A stretch of DNA of 63,840 bases, counting the filler, from Hausera hauseri (taxonomy: Eukaryota): NCBI GenBank assembly GCA_046269625.1. It is 12 parts of 12 records of this genome, joined end to end, with 100 filler letters (N's around TTAATTAATTAA, not from the genome) between each part and the next. Parts side by side here need not be neighbours in the genome. Positions count along the whole stretch, not along the records: positions 22,004 to 29,929 come from JBJURY010869848.1; positions 30,030 to 35,093 come from JBJURY010347713.1; positions 35,194 to 39,285 come from JBJURY010767318.1; 9 more parts are not named here. One strand, 5' to 3'. The notes below the pieces were generated by a model. That model was given only the letters and a program-made list of their open reading frames with translations. It searched no databases and was not told where the DNA came from. Each line of letters begins with the position of its first letter. The first letter of the stretch is position 1. The translations under genes and the position numbers were made by a program. Below are positions 23,716 through 38,100 of the stretch, one piece after another.

Positions 23716-25132
23716 AACCAGTTACGTGCCATCCAGACAAGCAAAATAGGCACTGCCTAATTTCCACCAAGTCTAAGATAAATTAGGTCTGGAACAATTC
23801 CCTGAGAAGGTAAAGGGGCTTAGCATCATGCTGACCACATAACCCATTCATACACCACTGGCAAAGGAACCACTCGGACACTAACTTAACATTTCCTTAT
23901 ATGTCTCTGGTCGTGAATGCACTTTTACAAACAAATAAACACTTAAATACTTTGTAGAACATAGGGGTGTAGCATTAGGAACATTTTTTAAAGCCAAACG
24001 GTACATTAAAGGATGATGTGGCTAACACTGTGCCTGGGCACCTGTAGTTTCTCAATTCTGTTTCGATCTCCACATCACCGAAAGTCAATTCTTCTAGATG
24101 ATCCCTGATAGGGGCTGTAGTCCTAAGAAGGGCTCTAGAGTAGTGGCATTGAGCATTCCTGCTGTCCCACTGGACTCTAGTAGGGTAGACCGGAGTCCTC
24201 CAGGCTTTAGTGCAATGTTTGGCCTCCCAGAAGTTATCCACCTCTCAATTGGAAACCATGTCGATCCTCCCAACATTGGCCAGAATTTCTTCTGTTTCCA
24301 GGATGCACTACAAGGAAAGTGTTGAGAGGTCTTGGTCAGTAAGTTGGTCTTGGTCCTGACTAGATCGAGAAGTGATCCCAGTCTCAGCATCCCAATTTCT
24401 CAATTACAGATGGGTGAACTGTGGTGCACCAATCTGGATCTGAACCCCAGACTTCCTCCCTAACATGCCAAACCATTTGGCCAATATTGCATACACAAGC
24501 TAATGAACAGAATTAAAATTTAGAATTTAGTTCCAGAAAGGAAAAAAAAAGCAACAAAACAAACATAAATGAACATACAGTACAGGTTTAATCAAAACGT
24601 ACACATTTTAAAGCTTGTACATGAAACGATACAAATCAAAGAAACTTTTTTTTTAAAAAAGAGATTTAAAAAAAACATCACAGAATATTGCACTTTATAC
24701 AGACAATGATGAACAGAATGCTCAATTGTGGATATAATCTTATCACCAAAATTAGGCACCTGACATGAAGACATGCCTCTCAATGAACTTTAGTCTCTCT
24801 AATCAACTCACAGTCTTCCACTCCACATGCCACTTGGTCAGCTGCTTAATGAACCTGTCCTTCTATCAGGCGTGTCCACCGGGCAGCGGATGCCTCTAGA
24901 TATAGAGGTTAGCTGCGAAATACTGAATGAGCAGCTGGGGACCATAAAAAACTGGGGCGTATCACCGAGAGCGAGGTGAGTTAGTTGTGCGGGAGCAACT
25001 AAATTTGAATATTCCTCAAAAGCTCACTGACGAGACAGTGGCGCCTTAACCTCCCCCCCCCCCCCTCACTGCCTTGAGGGTAAGACTTTTTAGTCAAAGG
25101 CTACCGGTGTAAACTGCACATAAATCTTACGG

Positions 25133-25365
25133 ATGGCAAGGGGAAACCACCAATGTGTTCCTAAGAGAATTATGTCTCAACAAATCTCAGATTATAAAGA
25201 TGGGAAGAGAACTAGTGGAAGACAGAGGCAGAAAATTATAGATGGTTTGATAACATGGTATGGTCAAGAAACATCGACAGGTTTAATATCGAGCACAAGA
25301 GATAAAGAGATGTGGAGAAACATGATCGCTAATGCTGTTAGGCAGGGAACAAGATGATGGTGATG
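25133..25365 (+). mobile_element. RTE-like LINE 3' end
   Basis: DGKRTSGRQRQKIIDGL...RDKEMWRNMIANA followed by a TGA/TGG trinucleotide-like tail. Confidence 0.7.
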
Positions 25366-27322
25366 TTTGTGTTTATGTTTCTGACAAACGGTAAGGTGTT
25401 CTCCAAAATATTATTGCAGTCATATTCTCTTTAAGCCATACAATATATGAAAAGGCGATATGACAGACACGGTGATCATTCCCTGGCACTCACCTGTAGC
25501 TAGGAACCATGGTAGAATAATGGCAGTGCATGATAGCTTATCAAGTTGTGTGTTTTCCAGCACTGTAAGCTTAGTGTTTTTCGAGCCCCTAAAAATTGAG
25601 AATCAAAGAAATTCACTAGGGAAGCAAAGGTAGCCTGATAATACGCTGACCACATAACCCAATATGTGCCAGTGTCAATGAAAATTGGGACGCTAACTCC
25701 ACATTCCCTCACATGTCTTTAGATGCAAACGTGTCAAGTTTTATTTAATCCACAACAGGGTGATGCGTTGGTAATCGGCCACACTCCTAATAATCATCAG
25801 TTGCAGAACGTGGAATTTTTCAAAGTGTTAGCACATTACATTATTTGTCCAATGTCACTACCCATAGAGTAAGGAATGTTTTTAGCAGAGGATCTAGAAG
25901 AAAAAATTCCCAATGCTTTCATGAAGATTTGAAATTATTTAAGAAACAGTTTACCTCTATACTCTTCTGGTCTAAACTTCTTGAAAGAAATGAGTGACTA
26001 AGTAACTCCTGTGATGTAGCCACACGTTTCCCCATTATAGTTTGTGAAAAATTAGAAACACATAAGTGACAGTAAGTACACACCCATTCATCTAAACTCT
26101 GACCTTTCAGCGTTTGACGAAATGCTAACATTGAATCAACGGTGTGCAGTTAATTTTCAAAATAAACATGTCACAGAAATGGCCGATAATCACAACAATA
26201 CCCTAGCACCCCTGTCCTTCTATGTTAGTGAACAAAAAGTTTGCCAACATTGAAGGAAAGGGGAGCTAAGTATCACTAACAGCGGAGGCTGAAAGCAATG
26301 CTTCTTTTGCTATGGAGAGCTGATGGCTGTAAAATTCTCAGGTACTGGTGACCATCAGAAAACTACCTGACCCCCATTTGGTAAAAGAGCCAGATCCTTA
26401 ACCTTGTTAATGACAGCCAAGTGCTTAACTATGCTGCCAGCTCCATGCATTTACACAGAAACACTAAGAAAAACAAGCATAGTGACTGAAACAGAACAAT
26501 GAGAGTTCTGAGTAGCTCAGTTGTCGGGTTGTTTGCCTTCTGACTTAGAGGTCCTGAGTCCATCACTTTCTGTAATTTCTGGAAAAAATCAGTCTCTGCA
26601 TTTCAACATTTATAAATGAAATTAGTTAAAGATCTCACGGCTTTTGGAAATCAGATAAATAATAAGTAACACATATCAAAGGGGATTTTTTCAATTAGAA
26701 ACTAACATCTAACAAGGATGCTATCTTTAAAGAAAAATAGGAGATTATTGTGAATTAACAAGGTTCAAAGGGTTACCATGCTTCTTCTTTAGCAAAAAAA
26801 AAAAAAAAAAGGCGATAACTGCCTATTTAAGTAGCCAATTTCCAAGGCCCATGGCACTGCAATGTAAGCACCTGAAACGTAAGTTATTCCTGACAGGTGC
26901 TTATGACGTATCTGGAAAACAAAAAATACACCCCATGCTAGGCACAACTATAGACAATTATATTCAACACTCGGGGAGTAAGAGTTGCTACAGGCTCATC
27001 TAACAATGAGAAATGCCTGCAACCATGCCAGCCGTACCTGATCTCCAGACCCGGTGCTCCCAGTTACCACAGACACGTCTCTGGAAAATGACGAATATCT
27101 GGCGTCAATAAACCAGACCCCTCTGAATCTACCGTGGGTAAAACACTAGACAATGGCTGATATGATTCACTTTATGATGAAGTCACGGGAGCTGATGACC
27201 TCAAGATGACAGCTTTCTTCCAAAAAATTCACATCGACATCTGAAAACGTATGAAGAAGAAGATATGCAAGATTTTTGGCATACCTTACTGATCATCACC
27301 TGTTATGTACAGGGAGATGAAG

Positions 27323-28430
27323 TCACAGACATCTTGCTATTACTTCCTCTGTTCCCATGAATATTTTACCCTCTTTTGATTTGATGCATCCTCTTGAACC
27401 ACTTGATCTTTTCCCTGTAATGTTATTTATTGCTTGATGCATATTTCTTGGATTTTTGTTGCTGAGTGCTTCGATCTCATCACATCTTTTGGTTAGCCAG
27501 TCTTCTTTTGCTGCATTACACATTTTTCTGATTGTATTACTTAAGTGTCTATACTGTTCTTTATCTTTTCTGTTTATTCTTCATTGTTACATTAGATTTA
27601 ATATCTCTAGTGTCATCCATTTTAGATTTCCCTTCTTTACAACTATGGGAATGATTTCTCTAGATGTTTGATGTATTGATTCCTGTAACATTTTCCATTG
27701 GTCATCTATGCTCTCTATATTTGCTATGGCATTGTATCTATTCTTCACAGCGATTTACTATTTCTTCTTGCTGCTAACTTAACGTTTTTTAACTCTGATT
27801 TTCACTTCAACAGGTACATGATCACTCTCAGCATCAGCACTTCGTATTGACTTAACTGATAGCAGCGCATTTCTGAAGCGTTTCTGAATTAGTATATAGT
27901 CTATTTGATTATAATAATTATCTCCTGGGATTCTCCATGTCCATAAACGTTTTGGATGTTGCTTAAACCATGTGTTACCTATGCTCATCTGGTGTGACTC
28001 TGCCCATTCAATTAATCTATCTCCTCTGTCATTTCTCTGCCCTAGACCAAATTTTCCAGTTGTATCACCATCTGATTCATCTAGCACTTTGGCATTAAAA
28101 TCCCCCATTACTATAGTAACTTCTCAATATAGTAACATTGTTTCATTGCTGCATCCATTTCTACATAAAACTGTTCAATTTTTTCTTCTGAGCTACTGGC
28201 TGTTGGAACATATGCTTGTATTACATTTATATCTGTCTGTCTACCTTTTAATTTCACTATCATTACCCTGTCTGATATTGTCCAAAATCCTTGCTTTTTC
28301 TTGGCCATTATTTTGTCTAGAATAACAACAAACCCTCTTATATGTGAGGTTCCTCCTGAACATATAATTTTGTACTTTCCCGACTGCGTTTCCTCTGCTC
28401 CTTTCCATCTCACTTCAGAGATCTCACTTT
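27323..28430 (-). mobile_element. RTE-like LINE, apurinic endonuclease domain and linker, degenerate
   Basis: ISEVRWKG, IQAYVPT, MGDFNAKV, LWTWRIPG...NQIDYILI, ESDHVPV. Confidence 0.9.
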
Positions 28431-28865
28431 TGAGATCAGTGAAAGGAATATATCTTCCCCGTCAAACTCTCAAACCTCATCTTCTTCTTCTTCTTTCGTT
28501 CACGTTGACCCATACCTACAGATGTGTCTCCCTCATGAACTGCACAATGTTCTGGAGGTGCTGTATGTTATGAAACGAGAATGACGATGCGGTAACTATT
28601 CCCGACATCGATTTGTCACAGAGAGTAAAGACAAGAAAAGACGACCGCTTGTCCTAGCATTGTCATAGATGACACGAACAATAAACTTGGCGGCCCCACG
28701 TGAAACAGTTTACATATTAAAGCTCCCTCGCAGAAAAAAAGGTGGGCTGTAAAAGGAACTGCAAATGATATGTCCGTCTTTGTTCTGGGGATTTCAGACG
28801 TTCTGAGTATCAGTTTTTGATGAATACCACAAACACCACGTTTCAGAAAAAAAAAAAAAAAGATA

Positions 28866-28938
28866 CGCCCGATAAGGGACTTGTATCCTTGACCCTCAGA
28901 TTAAAAGTCTGATGCTCTACCGACTGAGCTAACCGGGC
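28866..28938 (-). tRNA. trnK-UUU: tRNA-Lys (anticodon UUU), variant T-arm, possibly a pseudogene
   Basis: GCCCGGTTAGCTCAGTCGGTAGAGCATCAGACTTTTAATCTGAGGGTCAAGGATACAAGTCCCTTATCGGGCG followed by an oligo-T Pol III terminator. Confidence 0.85.
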
Positions 28939-31900
28939 ATGTCGTTATAATATTTACAGTCATGTAGTATGATAATATATAGACACTTTTTAGTTGTTAG
29001 TGTTGGGCTCTGTGGCTTTGAGGTAAAACGTTCGGGAGAAAATGCACACTTCGGGAGAAAATGATCAGAGATTCGAAGAACTGTGTATGATGAAGAAAAT
29101 AATCGTGAATCAACAATGAAACAGTTTTGAACTTATGATCATCTATGAGTCGATGTGTAAAGTAAAAAAGTAAACTCCATTCACACGCCTAAGCAGGCGT
29201 ATAGGCAAATGTGGAGTTAGTGTCCACATATTTTCCTAGTCGTCGGCACATAATTGGGCTATGTTGTTAGCATAACGCCAGGCCGCCTTTACTTTCCCAT
29301 ATAATTTCTCCGGTACCCATTTTTGAGGCTGGGTGGGACCTGGGGCCGTTTTGATTTAATAAAAATTCAATACCCACAGCTGGTATTGAACCCCAATAGA
29401 GTCGATGTGTACTTAGAAGGAAATGTGGGACTGAAGTGCTGTGTGTGTGACGACCCATAGCCGACCGTGACACACAGAGCCAGGGCTGAGAACCATAGTC
29501 AGCCAAGATTCTCTGCCCACGTCCCCGTCGTCGTCCCCGGAAACGGTAGAGAAACCTGCAGGCGTGAGATGGTCCCCAATTAAGTGGTGGATCAGTTCTA
29601 GAAGACCAAGATAAGCATGGAGGAGCTTGGACACCATGAAAGCTCAACACCAATACTCCACAGTCTTTACTTAGGACTACAGCCCTTATCATAGCTCATC
29701 AAGAAGAGCTGACGCTCGGTGATGTGGAGATCATTAGTCAATCAAACAATCAAAGAATGCAATGTGACATTCTGAGTACGAGTAAGTCTGCCCCGTGACG
29801 ATATAACCCCTGACATTTTCCTAAGGAAAACGTTTCCGTTTACAATATCGTAACTATTTTTCAAAATAAAACTGTACAAGTAACACCTACTTCTTTGCAA
29901 AATTCAAACATATTATTTCTTCTTAAATGNNNNNNNNNNNNNNNNNNNNNNNNNNNNNNNNNNNNNNNNNNNNTTAATTAATTAANNNNNNNNNNNNNNN
30001 NNNNNNNNNNNNNNNNNNNNNNNNNNNNNAAATCCGTTACTTTTGGCACTTGTGATGTTTGTCACATTAAGATTGAACCAACTCGGTTCAGCACCCAGCA
30101 AAGTGTGCCCAGACAAAACTTAGGAAAGAAAAAGAAAAACAATTAATTTTGAAGCCAGAAATTTCGGTTTGATGCATTGATATTTTGTGAACTGGAATTT
30201 GGTTGTGACGTATTTACAATTGTTTTCAAAATGTTTTTGTGCATGAGGAAAGACAAACTGCAAAATAGAGCAGAGGAATCCGACAATGAAATTTCTCAAA
30301 AGCATGGCACGGACAAGCATGATGAATTCGTGAAAAAGGGAGTTCCAATGCAGTTATGCGGCGCTACATATATTATACCCATTTATTATGGAATTAATGT
30401 TAAATGAATAATATCCATATTCGTTCGTTTATAGTACCTGATCATTGATCGAGTGTCTTCGAATAATTACTTATAATATAATAACATTTATGGTATAATT
30501 ATTAATATTGGTGAATTATTATTATTTTATAAGTATTATATAAATTCACAAGGAGGGGCTCGTTTATTGATATGGAACTCAGTGTAATATTTAATAAGAT
30601 ATTAACTTCCTTAAAATCTAGAGTTCTATGAAAAATTTTTAGTAAATATTAAATTGATATACTTATAGATAACAACCAACTACAGTACACAACATCCCCA
30701 AACTTATTGCAAATGGATGAAAGTAAATTTAGATAACTTTTATCCATGGTAATGAATATAGAACATTCAGACAATCTTCAACCGAAACCTCAGAATATTT
30801 CGACTCAAATAACGAATGATTTTGAAATAATTAAAATGATTAAATACGATTACATAATTCCTCTAAATATTCAAGTATTTTTTCAATTATTTATACAGTA
30901 GTCATAATATTAACAAGATAAAATCAAATAGGAAATACAGAAATTTATTTAGGTGCGGAATTATCTGACATTTGTATTATTTTTCGTTGGTATCTCTATC
31001 ATCTGATCTTTAGCTAATCTTTAAATAGTAGACTATCAAATGGAATAGTATTATTTTCTCCGTCATTTCAACATCATTGTTTTAATATTGTAATGAGTGC
31101 ATACTGGTATGGCAATTCAAAATTTAAAATGTTTATAGTCATTATCTTATTTCAACGTCGATAAAAATTTGAAATGGAAATAAGTCATTTGAATCGCTGC
31201 TTGATTTTTGGTTATTTCTAATTCATTTCTTCGGTTGTTTTCAGGTTTGACTGAAACGTAAAATAGTTGGTATAACATTCCGTGAATCTGAAACCTTTCA
31301 TATATCATCGAGCAGTATCTTTGAGATTTATCTTATTCTATTTTTAGACGACCGTTTGTTACTGATGTCTTTCAATTTATTTTAGTCCATTAGATGTTCG
31401 TAATGTAGCTGAAAATGAAACATTAGTCACATCAAGTTCTTATGAGTAACATTTAAAAAATGACAAGCAGTGTTTTAAGAGCTGAATGAGTCATTTAGAA
31501 CGTAAATGCGAGTGATCGTGGTGTCGTGCCTAGATCATGCAGGTTGTACGCCAAATAATGAGTTGATATTATAGAATTAATAAGAAGTATCAACGTTTCA
31601 ATGACGTCGTAATATATTCAAAGCAATGTAATTAATTCAACACAGTTGCGAATTGTGAGGTTACTTGATTTAAGACTAGAAATTTAATCGTTATTTCTGC
31701 AATCTGGAATTCATTGTGAATGAAAATAATTCGGTATCGAAAATCCCCTGATTGTATTCTGATACTTAAGACACGGTTGTTAAAACAGTTAATAAAAATT
31801 GATAGTTGAATAGGAAATCATAATTACTAAAAATAAACAAACAGAAATTGCAAATTCGTGAAAATAAAACAGTTGCTTGTTCTCAGATTAGATCAGCAAA

Positions 31901-34900
31901 TTTCAAATCAACTCATAACAGACATCCAGAATCAAAGAGCCAATCAAAAAGTCGTGATCGTAAATATTTTTTGATGTTATAATTTTAGTTCTGAATTAAT
32001 AAAATTATTTTGTTTTGTTTTTTCGTTTTTTTTTTTGGTTGATCGAATTTATAATTGCTATATTTCATTTGTAATTGTTGAAAATGAAAATGAATCCACA
32101 TTGAATTTTATCGAGTCTGAATGAAGTTTCGTTCCCAGGATTGGTCAATACGGATGATTGGTCAACTCGGTTAAGATTTATGTACATCAAATAAGTTTGT
32201 ATTACATATTTCTGTTCGTTTAAAAATAGCCAACGCGTATGTCTGGTCTTTGTGTTGTTTGGTGCTTGACAAGCAAATTACTATAATGAAATAATTACTG
32301 TGTAATACATACAAAATATTAGCAATTGTTGATTCTTACAACTACTTCAGTTGGGTCTCTTAATTTTTTACCAATCGAAATATGTAGGTATAACAAATAA
32401 AATCGTACATCTCGAATATTCATACATATAACCTAAAAACAAGATTCCCCCTCCACAAAATCACACTATATATGGAAATAAAATTTAATATACATTTAAT
32501 AGCACAATTATCTTTTAAAATCAATATTCCTACAAAGACTGCTGGAAAAGTTGATCACAGAAAAACTAAAATCAAATGTTATACGTTGATCTTGTATTTT
32601 GTTATCCATAAAAGAACTGGAAAGATCTTTATTCATGAATTTTCGGTAATGAATCTATCTTTTGTCATCAAATAAACATTGTCCTTAATTACGACCAAAC
32701 TACATAATAACCTTGTTTATTAGACAGACTTTTCAGCGGCTTCATGTCAATAATTATATCGAAGTTTTTCAATTCATAAATGGGAAAATCTTAGTACCGA
32801 TTGATAATAATTTCATCTGAAATAATTTTATCTGAAGTAACAATCTACTTGTGGTCCCTGATTTTTAATTTTCGTATTTCCTTCAAGTACACTATCGAAA
32901 GACTAGTGATTTGTGTTCCATTTCCTTCATTTACATCTAACAAATCGTACGACATTGATAATAACATTTATTTGAGGATGTGAATGATTTCAAATTTTAT
33001 ATAAATAAAATTATGCAGTAGAATGAAATTTTTCTGAAGCTCTTTTGTTAGGAAAACATTTCATATACAAGCATATAAAAGATGATAAAAATTTTAATCA
33101 TTTAAAATATTGATTCCATAATAAATCAGCATTTTATTGGAAACGGTTTATTTATTTCGTTGATGAATATTTTACCAAATTGTTGCAAATATAAAAATGA
33201 CAAGAAAAGAAGAATTTCGGCTATAATAATTTACGGTTAAGCAAATCAAAGAATTTTCCTTGGGAAATATGCATACTGTTTTATGTAGAACTATCATGGA
33301 ATATTGTAAAAATCATCAAATGTTTGACAAAAGAAATGTAGTATGTTGTACGATCTGGACAAATGCCGTTTTGGACAAGATGAATCGAAACAGAATCTTA
33401 TTTATTTTGATAATCCTGAAATGATTTGTTTATTTCAATTCAAAGTTAATTCGTTTGCAGTCATTACTCTCGTTTGGAGTTACTGTCTGGGTTTTTTATA
33501 GTAATGATTTCACAATGAATATCAGAAAGTATACGTGTATGTGTGCGTGCGTGCATGCAAAAGTTACTTTTAATATGTTTACTCACTGTATTAGTAAGAC
33601 AAATGTCATTTCTAAATATTAAGTACTATTATCTCTATCTATATAGTCTAATGTTCTTATTAGCCCCTTTACGAGTTGTTAAATTCAAATTAATGATTTT
33701 TGAGACAACGATAAATGTTGAAGATCCAAAATTGGATATCAGAACAAATTAATGAAGATATTATGTAATTATTTTGAAGAGCAATTTTAACAACACACGT
33801 ATCCAAAATATAAATAATTTAATATATAAATAGCGGATTACCGAACTAGTCAGTCGGGTTCCAACACTTACCTTGAGTTTGCAATTTACATCCTTATTAT
33901 TATTCAGTTGATTCTTCTTCCTGACTCTTAGAAAAGTATCTCGGGATTTTGTCTGTTCTGAGCACTACTGAGAATTTTCTTTGGAATCATACTGTTGGAT
34001 TTCTTATGGATTTAACTACCGGCCAACTTGAACAAAAAATACTAATGTCCTCAGATAAACAACTTATCGGATTTCTTAAAAAAGAATAATTTTGTCGAGT
34101 GTTTGCAATCTAAAAGGCTTGTAAAATTTAAACGATCGCTCGACTTTTTATCATGGATATGTATGGTTAATATTAAAATATATATTAAGATCATTATTTT
34201 GGTGTCATTTACGGCTCTGCAAACCACATATGCACTTACGACAGCTGATTGCGACCGCAAGCCTATAAAATCTGTACCTAAATAGAGATCCAATCAAAAT
34301 TGTTTAGTGGTTTTTCTAAATATAAGTCGTTAGTCATAATCATAAATTGCAAAGTCAAATATTCAAAATGATCATTTGTAATGTGTACTTCAATACAATC
34401 AAAACGATATTATTTTCATCTATCAAATAAGTCTGAAAAATATTTCATTTATCCTAACACATTTTGTCTAACGGTGCAAACCGGAAAAGCGTAAAATCTT
34501 AGCTAATACAGGCTATTCAAATATTACATTTAAAGCTAGTTCAGAAAGTATAATATAAAATATCTCATTAATGTTTCCAAATTAGCAAAATAATTCTTAT
34601 TTAACAATGTTGCATTATTTTCCGCTACTATGATCGTCACACCTGCAATTGAGAAAGTGATTCTATCAAATAAACCAGCCAATTAAAACCGTTCATTCTA
34701 AAATTAAATGATTAGTCATAGTCATACATAAAATTAGTGTGATACTAATGTGTGAACTATTTATTCAAATTGGTCTGGATCCAAGAACCGTAAGGTTTGA
34801 ATCATTTGTAATTTATACTCTAATACTTTTTTAACTCACTAATGTATGTTTTTAAGTTTATTTTTGTTGGAATGTCTTCAAGTTTAGTCATTTATAAACC

Positions 34901-35193
34901 ATACGGTAATGGGTTAAAATTCATATTTAATATTATTGTAGGTGTAAATTATTCTACAAAAAAGATGATAGAACTAACTGGAAGCGTCTTTAGAAGGCGA
35001 GGATCCCTGGTGGAGTGGAAGACGCGGCTCCTCGCTGACTTATGAACATGTCAGGACGTAGGTGACACTCTTAATCATAATGGAGAGTGTTCCNNNNNNN
35101 NNNNNNNNNNNNNNNNNNNNNNNNNNNNNNNNNNNNNTTAATTAATTAANNNNNNNNNNNNNNNNNNNNNNNNNNNNNNNNNNNNNNNNNNNN

Positions 35194-38100
35194 TCTGAAA
35201 GAAAATACAAAATAAGGGTCAATCCTAAAACAAAGTATTGTTCTAAAAATGAACCAATTCTTTGTTTGATAGTGGAATAACCCGATCTGTAGTTGTCAGG
35301 TTATTTCGTCATTAATTCCATCCTGTGGTACCATCACCCTTAATTCCTTGTCGGTGATTTTATGACGCTTAATACAACAGTTTTTTGTAATCAATCGACA
35401 AAACGCAATTAACATTATGAGAGCAAATGTTGATGATCCAATAATCGATATTAGTGACAAGGTTGTCTATTCAGTTAGTTTTTGTGTTTTAGTAGTAGTC
35501 GTAATTTCATATTCCTTTTCTCGTCAATCGGTGGTTTCGCTGGGACAGTCTCGTTGAGAGTCCGTGCCGTAAACGTTCTCCTTTGTTTGTTTCTGCAATC
35601 ATTTGTATTATATAATCCGTTTTGGGTTTCAGACCAGTGCATTTGGTTCGATAGCTACTCTTAACCAATGCTACTTTCTGATTATTGTGTAATGTTCGGC
35701 AGCTTATTTCTACGTTGTAGTTAAGGATCTTTAAGGATCCTTCTGAAACGATCTGTTCGTTGAAATGATTTTAAAGAGTGCTGGAGTAGTAGACTTTATT
35801 TTTGTATTTGTAATTCTACTCGTTGTCATTCCAAGTGAATTTTTCTGGATCGGATTTCTAAATCAGTAGTTTCCTAGAGAAATACTCGACTGGTTTGGTT
35901 TGACTTCATATAAGTTTAACTGAACTCTATATTTAAATTTCTGGGGTAACTTGCAGCATCTTTTCGGTTGCCCGACGTCGATTTAATAGTACTGTTGGTT
36001 TTGAGCTACTATGTTTTCTTTCAGGAACCGGAATGAGATTACTTGACCGTTAATTAATCTTACTTTTGTATTTATTTGAACACAATTGTCATTTGGATTT
36101 TCTTTTATACTGGCGATATTTTCTTCCAGCATCCGCTTTACTGGGTCGACGGACTGGAACATTTCGTTGGGTTTTATCCCAGGATGCCTGTTCCGAGCAG
36201 GGATGACTAATTGAAATCGTGGATTTATTTCATAAATTTGAGATAATTTTGGTAGACACAGTCGGTAGGTAAGGTTGCAAGTGCGTCCGAAATCCGTATC
36301 GCAACATTGCGTATGCTCTCCGGGCCCAAAATCACAATTCCTTGCTTCTTTTGTTATTACATCTTCTAGGACAATTTGAAATCTTTTAGAACTGTGGTGT
36401 TGTCCCGTGCCTTAAATCCAACGCATGTGGAGTTCGGCGAGTAATAATGAATTGTGACTGATTGTAATAACGTAATATCTTTTCTTCTTTGGATTTCTTC
36501 TAATGTTGGTATCTTTTCCGTTTTATTTACCTCTGGTTTGGATCCACTTTTCCGCCCTCCGTATACATTCTTTAGTGTAGATCCGTCGTGACACCACGGA
36601 GTTTGTGTTCTCGGAATATAAGAAGCAATTAGCGATGATGCTAAAACTATCTGAACGTATGATATCGGTCTGGTGATAATTGACGAGATCTTATTTTCTC
36701 GTGGTCTTAGATTGTAATGTTTAGCTGACCTTATATCCGTTTTAACTACTCTTTGAATCGATACGACTTCCTCTTTCCCGTTTTTATTGATATAAACTGT
36801 GGTTGGTGTTGTACGGATGATTTCATACGGTCCCTTCCAGTAAGTGTTAATTTTAAAGATGTACTTTCTTTGCGACTGGGTAATGTATATAAACCCAATT
36901 TCCCTTTTCCAGATCATGAGGCTTAGTCTTTTTATCATATTGTTTTTTAAATTGTTCCTGATATTCGATTGATAATGTTTTTGTCATTTCCCAACACTTT
37001 TGCAATCTGGTCTGTAAGACTTCGGCAAAATTTTGCTCTAGATCCTCGAGGATCTTTTTGTACGGTGTCATACCTAAATCTGTAGGTAAGATTGCTTCTC
37101 GTCCATACATCATAAAGAACGGTGTAAATCCTGTTGCTGGATGTGGAGTTGTATTTATCGCGAACTGTGTTCCTTCTAGGAATTCGTCCCAATCTTTTTG
37201 GTCTTTGGCCACTACTGTTGATAGTATAAGAATGACTGTTGCGTTCATACGTTCGACCATTCCATTACATTGGGAGTAATACGCGGTAGTAGTTAAACGT
37301 TCGATTTCAAATAACTTGGTAATTTTTTCAAATAATTCGCTTGTGAAGTTCCTTCCTCTATCCGTTAAAATCTGTTCTGGTGGTCCAGATCTGCAGATGA
37401 TTTTCCTTATTACCGCGTCGGCTAGGGTTTCTGCCTTTTGATCTAATACTGCCACCAGTTCAACGAAGTGCGTTAGTCGATCCACGCATGTTAGAATATA
37501 TCTTTTATTTTTGCGAGTTTTAGGCAAGGGTCCTACTATATCCATAGACATGGCTTGCATGGGACTATCTGGTACGTTTATAGGTTTTAATTCTGCTACG
37601 TAGCCTTTCGTTTTCTTTTGTTTTGTCGCGCAAACTTCGCACGCTCCTACCCAATTCTTTACATCGATATAGATGCTTGGCCAATAGTATTTATTTAATA
37701 TTCTTTCCTATGTCTTCTTCCAAGACATGTGTCCGGCTAAGTATGAATCGTGTTCGGCCATGAGTACTTCGATACGCAATCCTTTTGCAATAACTATTAG
37801 TCTTCTTCCTTTCCGCTCGTAATATGGGATATTATCTTGTTTTGATGCATGATATTTATGTCCGTGTTTCTGTAGATGCTTTTTTAGTTGTAGTCCCTTT
37901 GGTATTTTATCGTTTTGTAAGATCTCGATAATTTTCTGAATAACCGTGTCTTTAGCCTGCTCACTTGTAATTCTAATCGTCTTACCCGATATTAGAGTTC
38001 TTTGTCGTTCAATCAACTGTTCGAGTTTTGGCATTTTTATTGTGGTGATTGCACTCGTTTTTGTCTTTCATCTTGACAGTGCGTCGGCGTCGACGTGTTT

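Noticed and set aside
26505-26565. tRNA-like sequence GAGTAGCTCAGTTGTCGG...
   Set aside because: Only an A-box-like part is recognisable and there is no full cloverleaf; at most a decayed SINE head.
30420-35093. Possible multi-exon gene with tiny introns on the minus strand (~32500-34300)
   Set aside because: Splice-like signals exist, but I could not assemble a stop-free, recognisable protein.
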